This document shows, in pieces, positions 1-12,677 of a stretch of 64,000 nt of DNA; within the stretch, counting starts at the first letter, position 1; the number at the start of each line of letters is the position of its first letter. The translations under genes and the position numbers were made by a program. The stretch comes from Cirrosporium novae-zelandiae (lineage: Eukaryota): contig JAPETS010000003.1 of the NCBI GenBank assembly GCA_026023565.1, positions 1,178,001 through 1,242,000 of the forward strand, given 5' to 3'. The notes under the pieces were generated by a model, which was not told the origin of the DNA, did not search any database, and saw only the letters and a list, made by a program, of their open reading frames with translations.

Positions 1-751
1 GACGAGGCATCTGAATAAGCGCAAGTCAAGCGAATCACAGCCCAAACAACCTCCTCTACAGCCTGCCCCTCAATTAAAGATAGAAAGTAATCCAGGGACG
101 CCTCGCCTCCTTCCACATCCCATATCCACGGGGAATCCTCTTCACTCTGGCCCATTAAGTGCACACGGGCATCAACCTTCCACAAGTGGCTATCCATATG
201 ACTCCCATTTTGCCACAGCTTCTCCACACACTTCGGGTCCACCATCCGCTTTTCTTAGTAGCCACCCGAGTCTCGGATCCCCAAATTCTGCACAGTCACC
301 TTCTATGCTTCCACATGGATCTCTAATGTTCGGCTCATCTGCCTTCCAACAGTCTGGGGGAGCTGGGCCTTCAGATTCCTACCTCCAGTCTTTAGATCAA
401 GAAGACTCGATTCGCGAGCATAGAGATGCTGGGAGTAGTCAGGATAACGAGAATCTGGACCAAATGTTTGTGGACCTTACAAATCAAGATGAAAGCACGC
501 AAGAACAAGAAATGCCCGAGGAAAATCATGCTAGTGAAGCATTAGACGCGATGACTGGTGCTAATGTTAGTGTGCTTGATAGTAGCGCCAATGACAGTGC
601 GCAAGATGAGATGAATGAAGATAGTGCTAATGGTGCGAATCATAGTCCGAATGAGAGCGGTGTGAGGTCTCCCCGCAGTTCTAGTTTAAGCGACCACAAA
701 GGCAACGAAGAAAGCTATGAAGACGCCTGGCCATCACGGGCTTTAAGCTAA
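1..751 (+). CDS. 3' end of an unidentified protein-coding gene (low-complexity P/S/H-rich then acidic tail; possibly a transcription factor)
   Basis: The frame of ORF 305..751 is open back to the window edge (TRHLNKRKSSESQPKQ...) and stops at TAA 749-751. No recognisable domain is visible. Confidence 0.6.
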   Translation, partial: TRHLNKRKSSESQPKQPPLQPAPQLKIESNPGTPRLLPHPISTGNPLHSGPLSAHGHQPSTSGYPYDSHFATASPHTSGPPSAFLSSHPSLGSPNSAQSPSMLPHGSLMFGSSAFQQSGGAGPSDSYLQSLDQEDSIREHRDAGSSQDNENLDQMFVDLTNQDESTQEQEMPEENHASEALDAMTGANVSVLDSSANDSAQDEMNEDSANGANHSPNESGVRSPRSSSLSDHKGNEESYEDAWPSRALS

Positions 752-1560
752 GCACGATTCGGTTCTAAACCTGGCGAAGATGACGATGATGATTAATGTT
801 GGCGGGTTTTCCTTTGCTTCGCAGATGGATGGCGCAAGAGCTCCAGCAAGAACTATCACTATCAACGGTGTTATGGTTATGGAAAGGATGGTGCATACTC
901 TACATTGCATTATTGGTGTTTTCTTTTCTTTTTTTCGCAGAGGTTTTTATTTTGCCTTTCGTTGTATCATTATATTTTCCCTCAGCTTTTTATTTACTTT
1001 TTCTTTTATTATGCACCGCCTGTATTATAGATGTTTAGAAAGTAATGTGCTTGATCTTTGTTCCTCGGTGCTTTCATGGCCGTGGCAGAGGTCTAGCTCA
1101 GGCTTTCGAGGATGTACAAGAGTGTCAGGTAGCTGAGAAGTTGGTTCTGTATGCAATGGATTAAATTCTCCCTCTCTCATTGTTTCAGTAGGATAAGAAG
1201 TCGATTCAGTTTGGTAATTGTCAAGCCACAATGTCGATAGATGTGTGGTGGAGAGTCGTAAGTACCATGAAAGGATACAGTAAGTGCGTGACGAGGGACT
1301 ACCCCGCAGATCCAGCAATTACATACCTAGATACTTATAGGGATTGCACTCCTCCCCAACTTGAATCTATCTAGTATTCATAGAAGAGAGGTTAGCGAAA
1401 ATCGGGCTTGTAAATAAGTAAATATATAACATCTTTGCAAAAAATGTTATCTAGATCCGATGTGTGTGATCGTTTTGTCTGTGTTGGTATATCATTAATC
1501 TGACCCAGTTTCCGGGCCTGTTATTTCATTCCTATCATGTTAGTTGGAGGATTTACTCAT

Positions 1561-1593
1561 ATGTATATGTATATATGTATATATGTATATATA
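1561..1593. repeat. (ATATGT)n/(AT)n microsatellite
   Basis: atgtatatgtatatatgtatatatgtatatata lies between convergent 3' ends. Confidence 0.8.
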
Positions 1594-1738
1594 ATCATGA
1601 TGGCGATGTTAAGTCGAATAGTCGACACACATGTCACTGGAGAATCTCTCTCTCTCTAGTTTAGATTTTTCTAATCGGAATAGTTAGTCGACAACACTGA
1701 CCCAGAAACCCCCATCTTTCTAATAGTCTATCCCATCT

Positions 1739-3162
1739 TTATGGTCCATTCCCATCCATATACTTCCTCAACAACGGGGCCACCTGTTTTCGACTCGCAG
1801 TCAGCTCCCTCTGTTGCCACATTTTCATTTTGCCTCCTGCGGTTGCATCTATCTCTCCATCCCTTTTCTCTAATCTAAGCTTCTGGCCCCCCACCCCCTG
1901 AAAGCGCATAAGCACTTCCTCCCCATGCTCATTCATGGGCAATAAAGCCAGCTCTCTTTCAAATTCCCCCTCTTGGTTCGTGAACGCCGTCATGATTGCA
2001 TAGATGCTCAGATCTTTCTTCTGCGCGAACTGGCGGAGCACGTGCTCAAATTCATCGCTCTTGGTTTCGTCTCTGCTCTTCTTTTGTAGAAATGAGAGGG
2101 GTTTTACGGCAGCGGAGACACCTAGTCTGAGTCCGTTGCCCTCGGTCCACTGTTTGTAATCTTTTACGAGTATTTCGTTGAGGGAGAGGTACTCAATTGA
2201 AGATTTGGCTTGTGTCACTTGCTTGAAGTAGGATGTCCGGTCGTACCCTGAAGAGGGAGGGAGTCTGGCTTCCAGGAACTCTACGGCTTCAATGTCAACG
2301 AGCTTTGTCTTTCCTGCTGAGGGAGAGAGGTTTGATGTATCAATGAGTATTGCGGAGAGGGCCAACAGGATGAGCTCGGAGTCGCTGTCAGATTTGCTGC
2401 CTTCTACTATTTCTGAAGGAAGTGCATTCCATGTATCCCTCATCTCCCTAACTACAAGGCTTGTGCAACTCCCACATTTCTCAACAACCCATTTCTCCTC
2501 GGGGTTTGAAGGGACTTCTGTCTCGAGTTCGTGGTGATCTATGCAGCCGACGACCTGGTCTCCGTATATAGCACTTAGGGGACCGGTCATTTTGTTGTGA
2601 TCGACAAGTATCCATTTTGTTCGATTGGGGGGAAGAGAGTCGGAATGATTGGGGGAGAGAGGTATGTCGTCGAGGGTAAGGAGGGAGGAGGGAGGGACCT
2701 GGGAGGCATGCGAAAGAGCGAAAGTGAATTCAGGACGTAGTCGTAGGTAAGAATTGCGGATGGGGAGGAGGGGAATATGTATGTTGGCCGTGGAGCACGA
2801 GGAATAGGTTCCGAGGTAGGCGAGCAGGACCGAGCAGGAGAGGGAATCAAGATCTATTATCATATAGTTCAAGTTAATTATGATTGTTGAGCAGTTAGAT
2901 TTAACGTTGATCTCATAAATCCAACCAGTCTGCAAACGATCAAGTAATACTACCAACCAGCTGATTCATTTCCCAACACAAAAGTCAGGTTCTGAGCAGA
3001 TCCTTTTCCCAAAGCTTCCTGGAGTGTTGAACGGGCAGATGAAATGAAAGTGGAAAGAGAAGTGTAGTGCAGCGAAGACGCCATGGCACTTGTTCTATAA
3101 TTGACCCGTTGTATCTGGAAAGAAGATAACAGCCTGAATGGTTTAATTAAGAGCCATCTCAT
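1739..3162 (-). CDS. PPX1: Exopolyphosphatase (DHH/DHHA2 family), 2 exons
   Basis: Exon 1 ends ...LGNESA; a GT..TAG intron (~2958-2856) joins it to DLDS. Motifs LVDHN, IDHH, GSCTSLV, AILIDT, KDYKQW and SRKQVAPLLR are present. In-frame ATGs at 3162 and 3084. Confidence 0.92.
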
Positions 3163-3508
3163 TGATGTACGGAAAGTGTTGCTTCTATTTCAATATTTCC
3201 AAACCCACCACACAGTATCTTATCTTGACAGTTGAACTTTTGAAGTTTTGACAGGAAGTCTTGACTGAGGCATCATGTCATTCTGCAGCTTTCGGCCGAG
3301 TCATAGTACTTACTATCCACGTGCTATCTAATCTACAGCAACTCGCCATCATCATTGTTCTCCCACAATACCCACGAACGCCTGATAATTCTTGTAATTT
3401 AATAAGTCAATTAGACTAGATATAATAAAATTGTAGAAAGTAGCTATACGTAATGTTTTCATAGTTAGGTTCAATCCCAAAGTAATTTAAAAGCTAAGCA
3501 AGAATGTA

Positions 3509-3903
3509 CATGTCGGCCTACCACCCGTTTAGCTCGGGCGACCTGAGGCACGGGCCACAAAACTCGGGCGACCTTTTGATTTTTTTATCGCATCAGTAAT
3601 TACTTAACCATAAGTTTTATAAAAAACCTCATGCAAACTAAATTTTTAAATTAAAAAAATGTAATTATTTATTTTTTATTATAAATAACTACATTCAATT
3701 ATATAAGTTTACTGCGTTTATAAAATATTTATTCGGAATCAATTAGGAATTAATCCAGAATTAATTATATCTTACGTGCTAGACTATAGTATTGTATTTT
3801 AAACTATTGGTGTGGGATGTAATTCGGTAATTTATTGGGATCAGATGTCCATATGAAAAACACCCAGTGGTCGCCCGAGCTAACCGAATGGTAGCCTGAC
3901 CTG
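3509..3903. mobile_element. MITE-like non-autonomous DNA transposon (Tc1/mariner-pogo type, TA target)
   Basis: 35-bp terminal inverted repeats at 3509-3543 and 3869-3903 (29/35 identical) with TA on both flanks. An internal repeat of CTCGGGCGACC sits at 3563-3573, and the interior is very AT-rich and non-coding. Confidence 0.8.
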
Positions 3904-4080
3904 TACGCTCACTAAGCAGCGGTAGCTACTGGTCGGCTATTTACCCTCCGACTTTCGGGCTCCACACCACGCTATCCCCTCCCCCATCCGCCAATCCTAT
4001 CCCCATCTCCACTCCGTCCCACCAACTCAAGCAATAAAACACGCAATACCACTACTGCTTTCATCAACGGAAAGTCACGG

Positions 4081-4178
4081 GATAAGGTGGCCGAGCGGTT
4101 AAGGCGTTCGCCTGCTACAAAATAGCACTTTGAAAGCGAATCTCTTCGGAGGCGTGTGTTCGAATCACATCCTTATCG
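4081..4178 (+). tRNA. tRNA-Ser(GCT) with 17-nt intron (4118-4134)
   Basis: Acceptor stem GATAAGG/CCTTATC with G discriminator; D arm TGGCCGAGCGGTTAAGG; anticodon stem TTCGC/GCGAA with GCT at 4114-4116. The intron follows position 37 and contains TAGCA, complementary to the anticodon loop. Long variable arm, GTTCGAATC T-loop and a downstream T-run. Confidence 0.95.
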
Positions 4179-4719
4179 ATTTCATTTTTGATGTTTTTTG
4201 GTGGGTGGTGTGGTGCTTACTGTATGAGTGTGGGTGATATGGACTGTGTGGACATAAATAACAGGGCTAAGCAGCTACGATTATACTAACGCTTGGGTGT
4301 GTTGATTTTTACATAAAAGGAAGGCACTATATACATCAGGCTAAACAGATGAGAGGAATGGATGGGATTGTTTGGTTCTCATTTTTGACTGATTACCCAG
4401 GTACTTAGGTACTTTAGCACTTTAGCATTTTATCTTTCAGGTTCTCTGGCTGGGGATTAATACTTTAATGGTCGATATGGTCGATATCCTACTAACTATA
4501 AATATGGATAGGATTATTTGGAAATATTGAGCTGTGTATGCTTCCTTCCTAATTCCATGATAGTCTGAATATCCTTCCGATTTTACTTCTTAAATCGACA
4601 GAACGCTGCCTAATCGTTTTTAGGCACACAGATATAGCAAGCACATTTCTTTCACCTACAACACACCATCGCTCAAAGCCTCCAGCCACCAATTCCGTGC
4701 AACTAGATTTCAAAAGATC

Positions 4720-6391
4720 TCAAAGCTCGTCCTTTCCCCCTGATTTCACATTCACACCCTCCTTATGTTTGACCATTGCCGCCAAAATATCTATAATCAT
4801 ATCCGCCGCCGCAATGCAGGTCGTCTCGGCCTGCGTATCATATGGTGGACTGACTTCGACGATATCCATACCCACAAGATTTACTCCCTCAAGACCTTTG
4901 ATGAAGCGTTTGAGCTCACGTGTTGTCCAACCGCCAGACTCGGGGGTTCCGGTTGCAGGAGCGATGCTGGGGTCAAGGACTATGAATGCAATGTCAGAAA
5001 AGTACAGTTCAGAATCGAGGATTATAAGCACCGTCGATGTCAATGGAAAGGTAGGTTGGCGTATCTTTGACTGTTTCTCTGACTCTTCGGATAATATCAG
5101 GCATCCCGACCTCATCGATCTCGTGGGCTTCGATGAGTGTAAATCCCACATCTCTGTCGATCTCATAGTCTTTTGGACTCTATAATCCACATCGGTGGTC
5201 AGTCGATTTATACTACTTCCGGATGCAACGCAAAGGACTGAACGAGACTTACAAACAACTTTGTCCTTAATCCTCCATGGACGCTTGTGCCTTTGCTGAT
5301 ACATCCCTCCCGACTAGCATGCCAGAAAAAAGTGCCATGCGTAATAGCTGACTGGTTCGAGGCGATGCCCGTATAGCCTTGATAAGGATCCCATCTACCA
5401 GAAATATGTTAACTTTTCCGGTTCTTCTTGTATTCTCATGATGGCAGGTACGGTTCATCCACATACGTATCAAGATGCGAGTCCAAATGGATAACGGAAA
5501 TCGGTCCATACACCGTTTTCAAGGATCGAAGAATTGGAAGCACAATCGAATGGTCACCCCCTAAAGAAACAATTCGAGGATGTTGCCATTTTCCTGTTTG
5601 CGAGATTAAATATCAATTCTTTTTTTGAGAGTGGTTCATGATAAAGAGTAATATTCTCACCTGAAGCTTCACTCGTCTTATGATATAAAATCTGTCGATA
5701 TCCTTGTTCCATCTGCTTGAACGCATGCGCGGCATCGAATGGTGTAATAGGAATATCTCCACAGTCAACCTACACATTGCATCAGTCAGCCCCAATTCCT
5801 ATCTAAATGCCTCTCTCCTTTTTCGATCTTGCATTCGAGTTCAGATCTCAGACCCGAACTCCGGAGCGTCACGTACTATACTAAGTCCTTGTTCAAAGGG
5901 ATCAACTCCCCAGACTGTATTATAACTTCTCCCTTTTTTCTCCCTTGAGCTTCCGGACCTGATACCGCGAGGCCCAAAGCGTGCGCCTGGTCGATAAGAA
6001 GTGGATGTGTCGTATGGAAAGCCAAGGACTGCAATGTCAAGGGGCTATATGCATTGCTCGCGGTGCACCGGCATATTGCAATGCATTGTTGTCAGCTAGT
6101 GCCAAAAAAATTAACAGGGAGTGAAAATTACAGAATCGTGCCCTACAGCGAGACAACGCTGCCATTCCAGATGGGCAAATGTTACGGGCTGAGAGAAGGG
6201 TAGATCCAGGTTGAGATCTTGGAGTCTTGTTAGCCATACTTAGCTCTTGCTAATTTGTGGACTGGGATTTGCACTGCACCTTCAATTTTATGAGGATAAT
6301 CTGGTCCGACATTTATTTTCACATCTGCGGTAATGGCAAATGATTGAAGCGCCAAAAGCGACATCAATTGGGAGGATTTTTTGAAGAGCAT
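4720..6391 (-). CDS. Agmatinase/ureohydrolase (arginase family), multi-exon, predicted N-terminal signal peptide
   Basis: Spliced translation gives [79 protein letters not shown] and [10 protein letters not shown]. Boundaries of introns 1-2 are uncertain. Confidence 0.88.
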
Positions 6392-7445
6392 TTTAGGCTT
6401 GAGGTCTTTATTGGTCACTCTGTTTTTCGATACACACGACAGCCTAGAGCAATAGACTTTTATATACCTAGGTACTTTATACAAGAAGTAGGGAAAAATG
6501 AATTAGCACAATGGTAAGCATCTTATATATTTATTCAGGCGTGCATGCATACATGATGAGTGGGATGCTCCAACACCTAAGCCAAGGATTCCCTCCCCAC
6601 CTTAGGAAAGCGATAACAGACAATTGCGCTAAGATAAGGATATTTTCACCTCATGACATATTTCCATCACTTCATCACTGCACACGACCATTTTCATGTT
6701 GATAAGAGCTGAACTTTTCCCCCAAATTCATCCATACTTTACTCGTGTGAGACAAAGTATAAAAAAATGTAAATGTGTTGATTATACTATCTTAAAATAC
6801 GATTAAAATGATGTATTCTATACTCTCATCACAAAACTGCTATGTGAAGCCGTAGATGTCTCGGCTTTTCTTTTTAACCTCAAGTCTGGGATCCAAAAAT
6901 TCTATACTATGTCTGAGTGTTTTTTTTTATATGTTCTTCTTTGAGTATGATTCCGACGTTCGATTGGGCCTAAGTTACTGCCATTACTGTTAACTACAGA
7001 GAACCTGCCATGCTCAACTTGATCGGTCACCTTAAGAACAGTTTCCATAGTCAACATCTACGCGGATCCAAGCAAGATGGTAAATTATGTGCTAGGAAGA
7101 ATTCCACACTAATCCCAATGAAGCCCCTTCAAAACTTCTTCTACTAATATTCTTTTAAAATTCCAGAAATGTGAAAATAGAGTACATACCAACTATGAAT
7201 TCCCGAGCCTGCCCCTCTCCAGTGACACCCTCGAGAGTATGCGCAGTGAATCTCTTCCTACCTCCTGACAAGCAGTACTAAAATCTCTGAACTCACAGCA
7301 TGCAGATATCCTACATACATTACACCATGATAATGATCGTGCTATAAGATAGCTCACTAAGGCTATCTAGGTGCTAACAGACACAGTATTAAAACCCTGT
7401 TCCTCTTAATCTTCTTTACTAGGTATACCGAATCTCAGTGACAAT

Positions 7446-9939
7446 ATGGGAATTATAGTAATCCTATATCTTGTCATTTTCGCTCTTGCTCTCCCATTTA
7501 CAACTGCAAAGGTAGTATATTCACTAGCACGTCCTCCTGCAGTCCCTCTGGCTGTCCGCTCTCCTTACACTAATGTCTGGCCTTCAACCTCTCACGATGG
7601 AACCCTGAACACCGCTGATACTATCTTCTGGCCTGGTCAGAAACTCGGCTGGGAAGGCCTTGTGACTGTTGATGGCGTGTCCTACGAGTACCTCGGCCCC
7701 TCTTTCGAATTGTCCTCCGGCGTTCAAAATGTGTTAAAGGCAAAACCTTTAGGCATTGTCTATGACAGCCAGTATTCGAATTTCACTTTTGCTGCAGGTC
7801 CTGTGACTATTGAAGCGAGCTTTTTCAATCCTATTATCCCAAAAGATCTCTGCCGGACGAGCGTCCCGCTAAGTTACTTGAAGACGTCGGTCACGTCTAG
7901 AGATAGCTATATTCATGACGTAAAGTTCTATAGCGATGTTAATGCACAATGGATAACAGCTCAGTCAAATAGAACCGTCGAATGGAGTCTCCGTACGATC
8001 AAGTTAATGGAAAACACAGAGTCACGCAAATGGAAAACACCAGAGTCAAATTCATCCTCCGAAATTTCCTCCTGGCTTGTGAAACTTCAGCAACCCTCCG
8101 AATTTTCCGAGAATCATGACCTTCCTCTATGGGGGACCTTCATGTATTCGTCCAGTCTGGGCCAGGCTTTAAACTTCACCTATGGAAGTAATTCCTCAAT
8201 CAACCAACACCAATCCTATTTGAAAGATAACCAACTTTCCGATAATGTGGATACTAATTTTCGCGGTGCTGACGATAATGAGCCCGTTTTTGGGTTCGCA
8301 CACGATTTTGGGTTAGTAACGGAGGCGAGTGTACTGTATACTGTTGGTGTAATACAGGAAAAGGTCATCCAGTACACGTTGTGTGGACGCAATGAGCCCC
8401 TGTTACCGTGGTGGATGAGATGCTATGGGAGCATGGAACAGATGATAGCTAAACACTACAATGACTACACTGCCAGTGCTGCACTAGGAGTGCAGTTCGA
8501 GAACCGACTGAAGAACAATGTCAGTGCATATTATAGCACGAATGCTAGAGATGATAAGTTCAGGAGCGCCCATGGTGATGCTAATGCAGAAGTTCCACTG
8601 CTCTATCCTTCCGATGATACTTCCGATAAGAATCTTGGATGCGGAGAACTAAACCAAACAAACCTCTATAGCTTCGCTATCCCCGGAGTCAACGAACAAG
8701 AAGCCTACTACTCGATCGTCGCCCTTGCAGCTCGCCAAATCATGGGTGCGTGGGTTCTAGCCATCTCTCCCGATGTCGCTTGCCATAACGTCACGGTCGA
8801 CTCCTCGCAGCCTCTAATGTTTCAGAAAGAAATTTCCTCCAACGGCAACGTGAACACGGTCGATGTCATCTATCCAGCATTACCCTTCTTAGTCTGGGCT
8901 AACCCAAAGCTCCTAAAATATCTCCTGGATCCCCTGCTCCAGAATCAAGAGAGCGGCACCTATCCTAAGGGCTCCGCCGTACATGACCTGGGTGCACATT
9001 TCCCGAACGCAACGGGACATCCGGATGGGGATGATGAAGCGATGCCCGTGGAAGCGAGCGGTGATATGATATTAATGGCATATGCGTATTATAAATACTC
9101 GGGCGACGAAGGATTCCTACGACAGCATTTCAAGAAACTAGATCAATGGTCGCAGTATCTTGTAAAATATAGCGAAATACCTAAGAACCAACTTAGCACA
9201 GGTTCGTGCCAACCTTCCCCCCCCAATCGCTTCAATTCGTGTTTATGAAAAAAAAAGAAAAGAAAATGAAATTTAAATAAAGCATCCTTTCTTCCCCTTG
9301 CTAAAGACTTACCCAGATGACTTCGCCGGCTCCCTTTCCAACCAAACTAACCTCGCCATCAAAGGCATCATAGCCCTAGAGGCCATGTCCCTTATCGCAC
9401 ACATCGCCGGCTCTAGCTCCACCACCACAAAGACCCTCTACGATACAGCCCTCTCTTATTACAACACCTGGAAAACGTTCGTCCTCGACCCCTACCACGA
9501 CACCAACACCCACACCCCCCTGGCCTACCAATGCTCCCCATCCGCCTCATGGGGCCTCCTCTACAACATCTACCCTTCCAAACTCCTCTCCCTCAACCTC
9601 ATAGAACAGCACATCTACGATATGCAATGCGCCTTCTACCCATCCGTGAGCAATCTCTACGGCATCCCCCTCGACAGCCGCTCCACACGCACAAAAAGCG
9701 ACTGGCAGATGTGGACGGCTGCCACATGCGATCACACCAACACAGACACCAGGGCACTAATCGTCACGCGGATGGAGAAGTGGATCAATGAAACGAGTAC
9801 GGATAGGGCGTTTGGGGATCTCTATGAGACTGTTGGAGATGGGGGGTATCCGAGGGACGGCGCAAGGTTTATTGCGAGACCGGTTCAGGGAGGGCTGTTT
9901 TCGCTTTTGGCGTTGAGGGTTAAGGCCCTAGGGGCGTGA
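7446..9939 (+). CDS. gtaA: Secreted glutaminase A (GtaA-like), 2 exons
   Basis: Signal peptide, PPAVPLAVRSPY, FQKEISSNGNVNTVDVIYP, HDLGAHFPNATGH and MPVE. Intron 9202-9317 joins QLST to DDFAGSLSNQTNLAIKGII; later PLDSR..TKSDW and FIARPV. Confidence 0.9.
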
Positions 9940-10773
9940 TCGTGATCGGGGGGGGATAGAGGGGATAGTGCGTGGAGTTTTTGTATTGTGTTAGGAATCG
10001 AAAGCAAGTCGGTAGTGTCGGTATCAGATAAATGGGTAGATACTCACCCCGTATTACATGGATTTGATATAACATTGACCCCCATCCCCCCTCCCCCCTC
10101 CCTCTTTCTTACAAGAGTCAAGAACTAAGTAAGCAATAAGATACTTTCATTTCATTTTTCATTTCCTTTCATAGTGAGTGAGCTAGCGTTATTGTTGGAC
10201 GCATTTGTCTATTCCCTATCCCTATCCTTATCCTATCCTATCCTATCCTATCAACGACAAAATCCTCTTCCTCTTTAAGTTATCCATCCGTTTCATTTCC
10301 ACACAGGCACACACACAGGCACACCACATCCTCCTCTCTCTGTCTATCTATCCCCTCCCACCCTCCCACCCTTCCACCAAAACAAAGTAAAATAAAGTAA
10401 ATAAAACACACTCCCAGTTCATCAATCCACCAATCTAAACCCCCTCCTGCTTCCAAAACCCGACAAGTGAAATCTATCTACCTACTCACTTACTTACTGT
10501 ACCCACTGTATCGAAGAAGGGTATGGTATCAATAAAATGCAATGCAATGCCATGTATATAGCACTCGCTCGTATCGCGCTCATTTGTACTCCGTATGTAT
10601 GGTATAGTCCTTCTAGTGTTTTCATCAATATTGTAATAGAAGGGTTGGTGGGGTTAATAGGACTATCTCTGCAGGGTAGGGGAGATTTCCAAGGAATGAA
10701 GGAAGAAAAAATAACTTGAACCTCCCTACCTTTACTGTCATATCCCCTATTGATTGATCGATTGATTGTCGGG

Positions 10774-12246
10774 TTATATACCCGTCTTTCCCAATTGTTC
10801 AGCCAATTCATCAACATTGATATCTTTCTTCTGGGAAATAGGCTGTGCTTGCGCCTTATCCGCATTCTCTAGCAACTTTTCTGCTTTCTTGTCTTTGACT
10901 TCCTGTTTTTCTTCCTCCTCCTCCTCCTCCTCCTCCTCCTCCTCCTCTTCTTCTTCACCTTCGCTCTCTTCTTCCAAATCATCCAATTCGTCAATCCCCC
11001 AGAAATCATCATGTTCCTCACCCGTCTTCCCCGCCTCACCCCTCCGGCCACTCAAAAGTTCCCTTAAGGCGTCAAGATTGGAATCCTCATCGTTGAATTT
11101 ATTACCGTTGAGTTCGATTCTTTGCAGCTTGGGAAGAGCATCCTTAGCGGCATGATTAAATATCTTTATGGCGTCGGCTTCGATCTCGTTGTATTGCAGT
11201 CGGAGGGTCTCCAGAGATTTGTTTTCGCCTTTGAGGAGCGCTTCTGCAAGGATAACGCCTCCACGTTTGCTGAGAAGACAGTCACCTACGCCAAGTTCGC
11301 GGAGCGATTTCCAGCTGCTCACGACATCCGCGAGGGTGCGCGACGCTAGTACTGTGAACGTGTTGTCTTGGACGTCGAGGGACTCAAGGGAAGAGCATTG
11401 TGAGAGACCCGTCTTTAGCAAGAGTGTCATGCCCTCCTGCCTAATGCCGTTTTGCTTCATTTCTACCGACTTCATGCCTGGGTGTAGCGAGTATGCTTTT
11501 GCCCATGCCGCCATGCTTCCATTTTCTAACCTATTTCTTCCACACACAACGGTCTCTAGTTCAGGCGCATCCTTTCCTTCCTTCCGAGCTAAATCTTTCT
11601 TTCCGGCAAGTAGGGAGAGAGCGTCCGCAATTTGGGCTCCAGCAATAGGGCCCATTCCATTATTGTTGAGGATGAGGTGTTGGAGAGGAGTGTGGGCGGA
11701 GAGGAAGTCGACGAGGGGCTTGACGGTATTGAGGCCGAAGGCGTTGTCGCTAAGATTGACGGTGTTTAGGCGGGGAAGTGTGAGAAGGGAATTTAAAAGA
11801 GAAGCGAGGGCAGTGGGGATTTCCGAGAGGAGGCGCGATGTGAAGATGTCGGCGAGATTCGCTACCTGAGCGAGAGAACTAGTCAGTAAAAGAATCAAAT
11901 TGTAGATTCCATGAAAGCCGAGTCCAGGTGAAACCTAGCCAGAATAGAAGCTGTACATCCAAGATGGTAGACCCTGAAGTACTCAAGGAAGATAAGATTT
12001 AGGTTGACTTGTTACAGGTAATAATGTTGGATGAAAAGCAGGGTAGTAACGTACTCGCAAGGATTTCTGAGTTTCCAAGACCTTAGCAAGTGACTCAGAC
12101 GCCTCTATACCTAAGGTATTTCCCCCCAGCTTTATTTCTTCCCAGTCCTGGTTTTCTTGTAGAACCTTGATGTGGGGCTCGACATCTGCGGCGGTATCAA
12201 GTTTCAGGCCCTTTCCTTCAAGAGAAAAGGTCTTGAAAGGCGCCAT
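10774..12246 (-). CDS. RNA1: Ran GTPase-activating protein 1 (LRR plus acidic tail)
   Basis: LKLDTAAD, LGGNTLG, intron 12054-11866, ADIFTSRL, LSDNAFG, CGRNRLENG, QNGIRQEG, QDNTFT and a poly-Glu C-terminus encoded by (GAG)n. Confidence 0.95.
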
Positions 12247-12411
12247 AGCTTTGCGACCGAAAGAATAGTGGATTCAGAGCAGTATGAAGAATAGAAGTGA
12301 AGTTATGACAATTTATATGTGTGGGGTATAAAGTTCTATTATGTGGTGAGTAAATGTTGGGGAAGAAAATGTTTATCTAGCAATGAGGGTAAGAGTGTGA
12401 TGGAGGGGTCC

Positions 12412-12453
12412 TGCAAACAGTGTGCAAACAGTGTGCAAACAATGTGCAAACAG
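12412..12453. repeat. Tandem 11-bp repeat (TGCAAACAGTG) x~3.5 in the RanGAP/COX17 divergent promoter
   Basis: tgcaaacagtg tgcaaacagtg tgcaaacaatg tgcaaacag read directly from the sequence. Confidence 0.8.
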
Positions 12454-12677
12454 CTACCTAGGTACCTTCAGCTCTACCGAACCCCAATCCTCGAACCACC
12501 GATTCCGATCCCGATTTCCGTTACCTGACAAATCTAAAAGTTTTCTGTCATACTTTATACAAATTCCAGAACTTCGTCTCAAATAATCTCTCTCTCGTTA
12601 CTTCATTCAATACTTCACTCAATTCTCTTTCTACCCTTCAGATAGCCTCTATTTTTGGGGCATCCCTACTCTTTATA

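Noticed and set aside
6230..6232. Apparent premature stop in agmatinase exon 1
   Set aside because: Removed by a plausible intron (GAAG|GTGCAG ... GCTAAC ... CCAAG|AT) that restores [17 protein letters not shown]. Downstream exons are intact.
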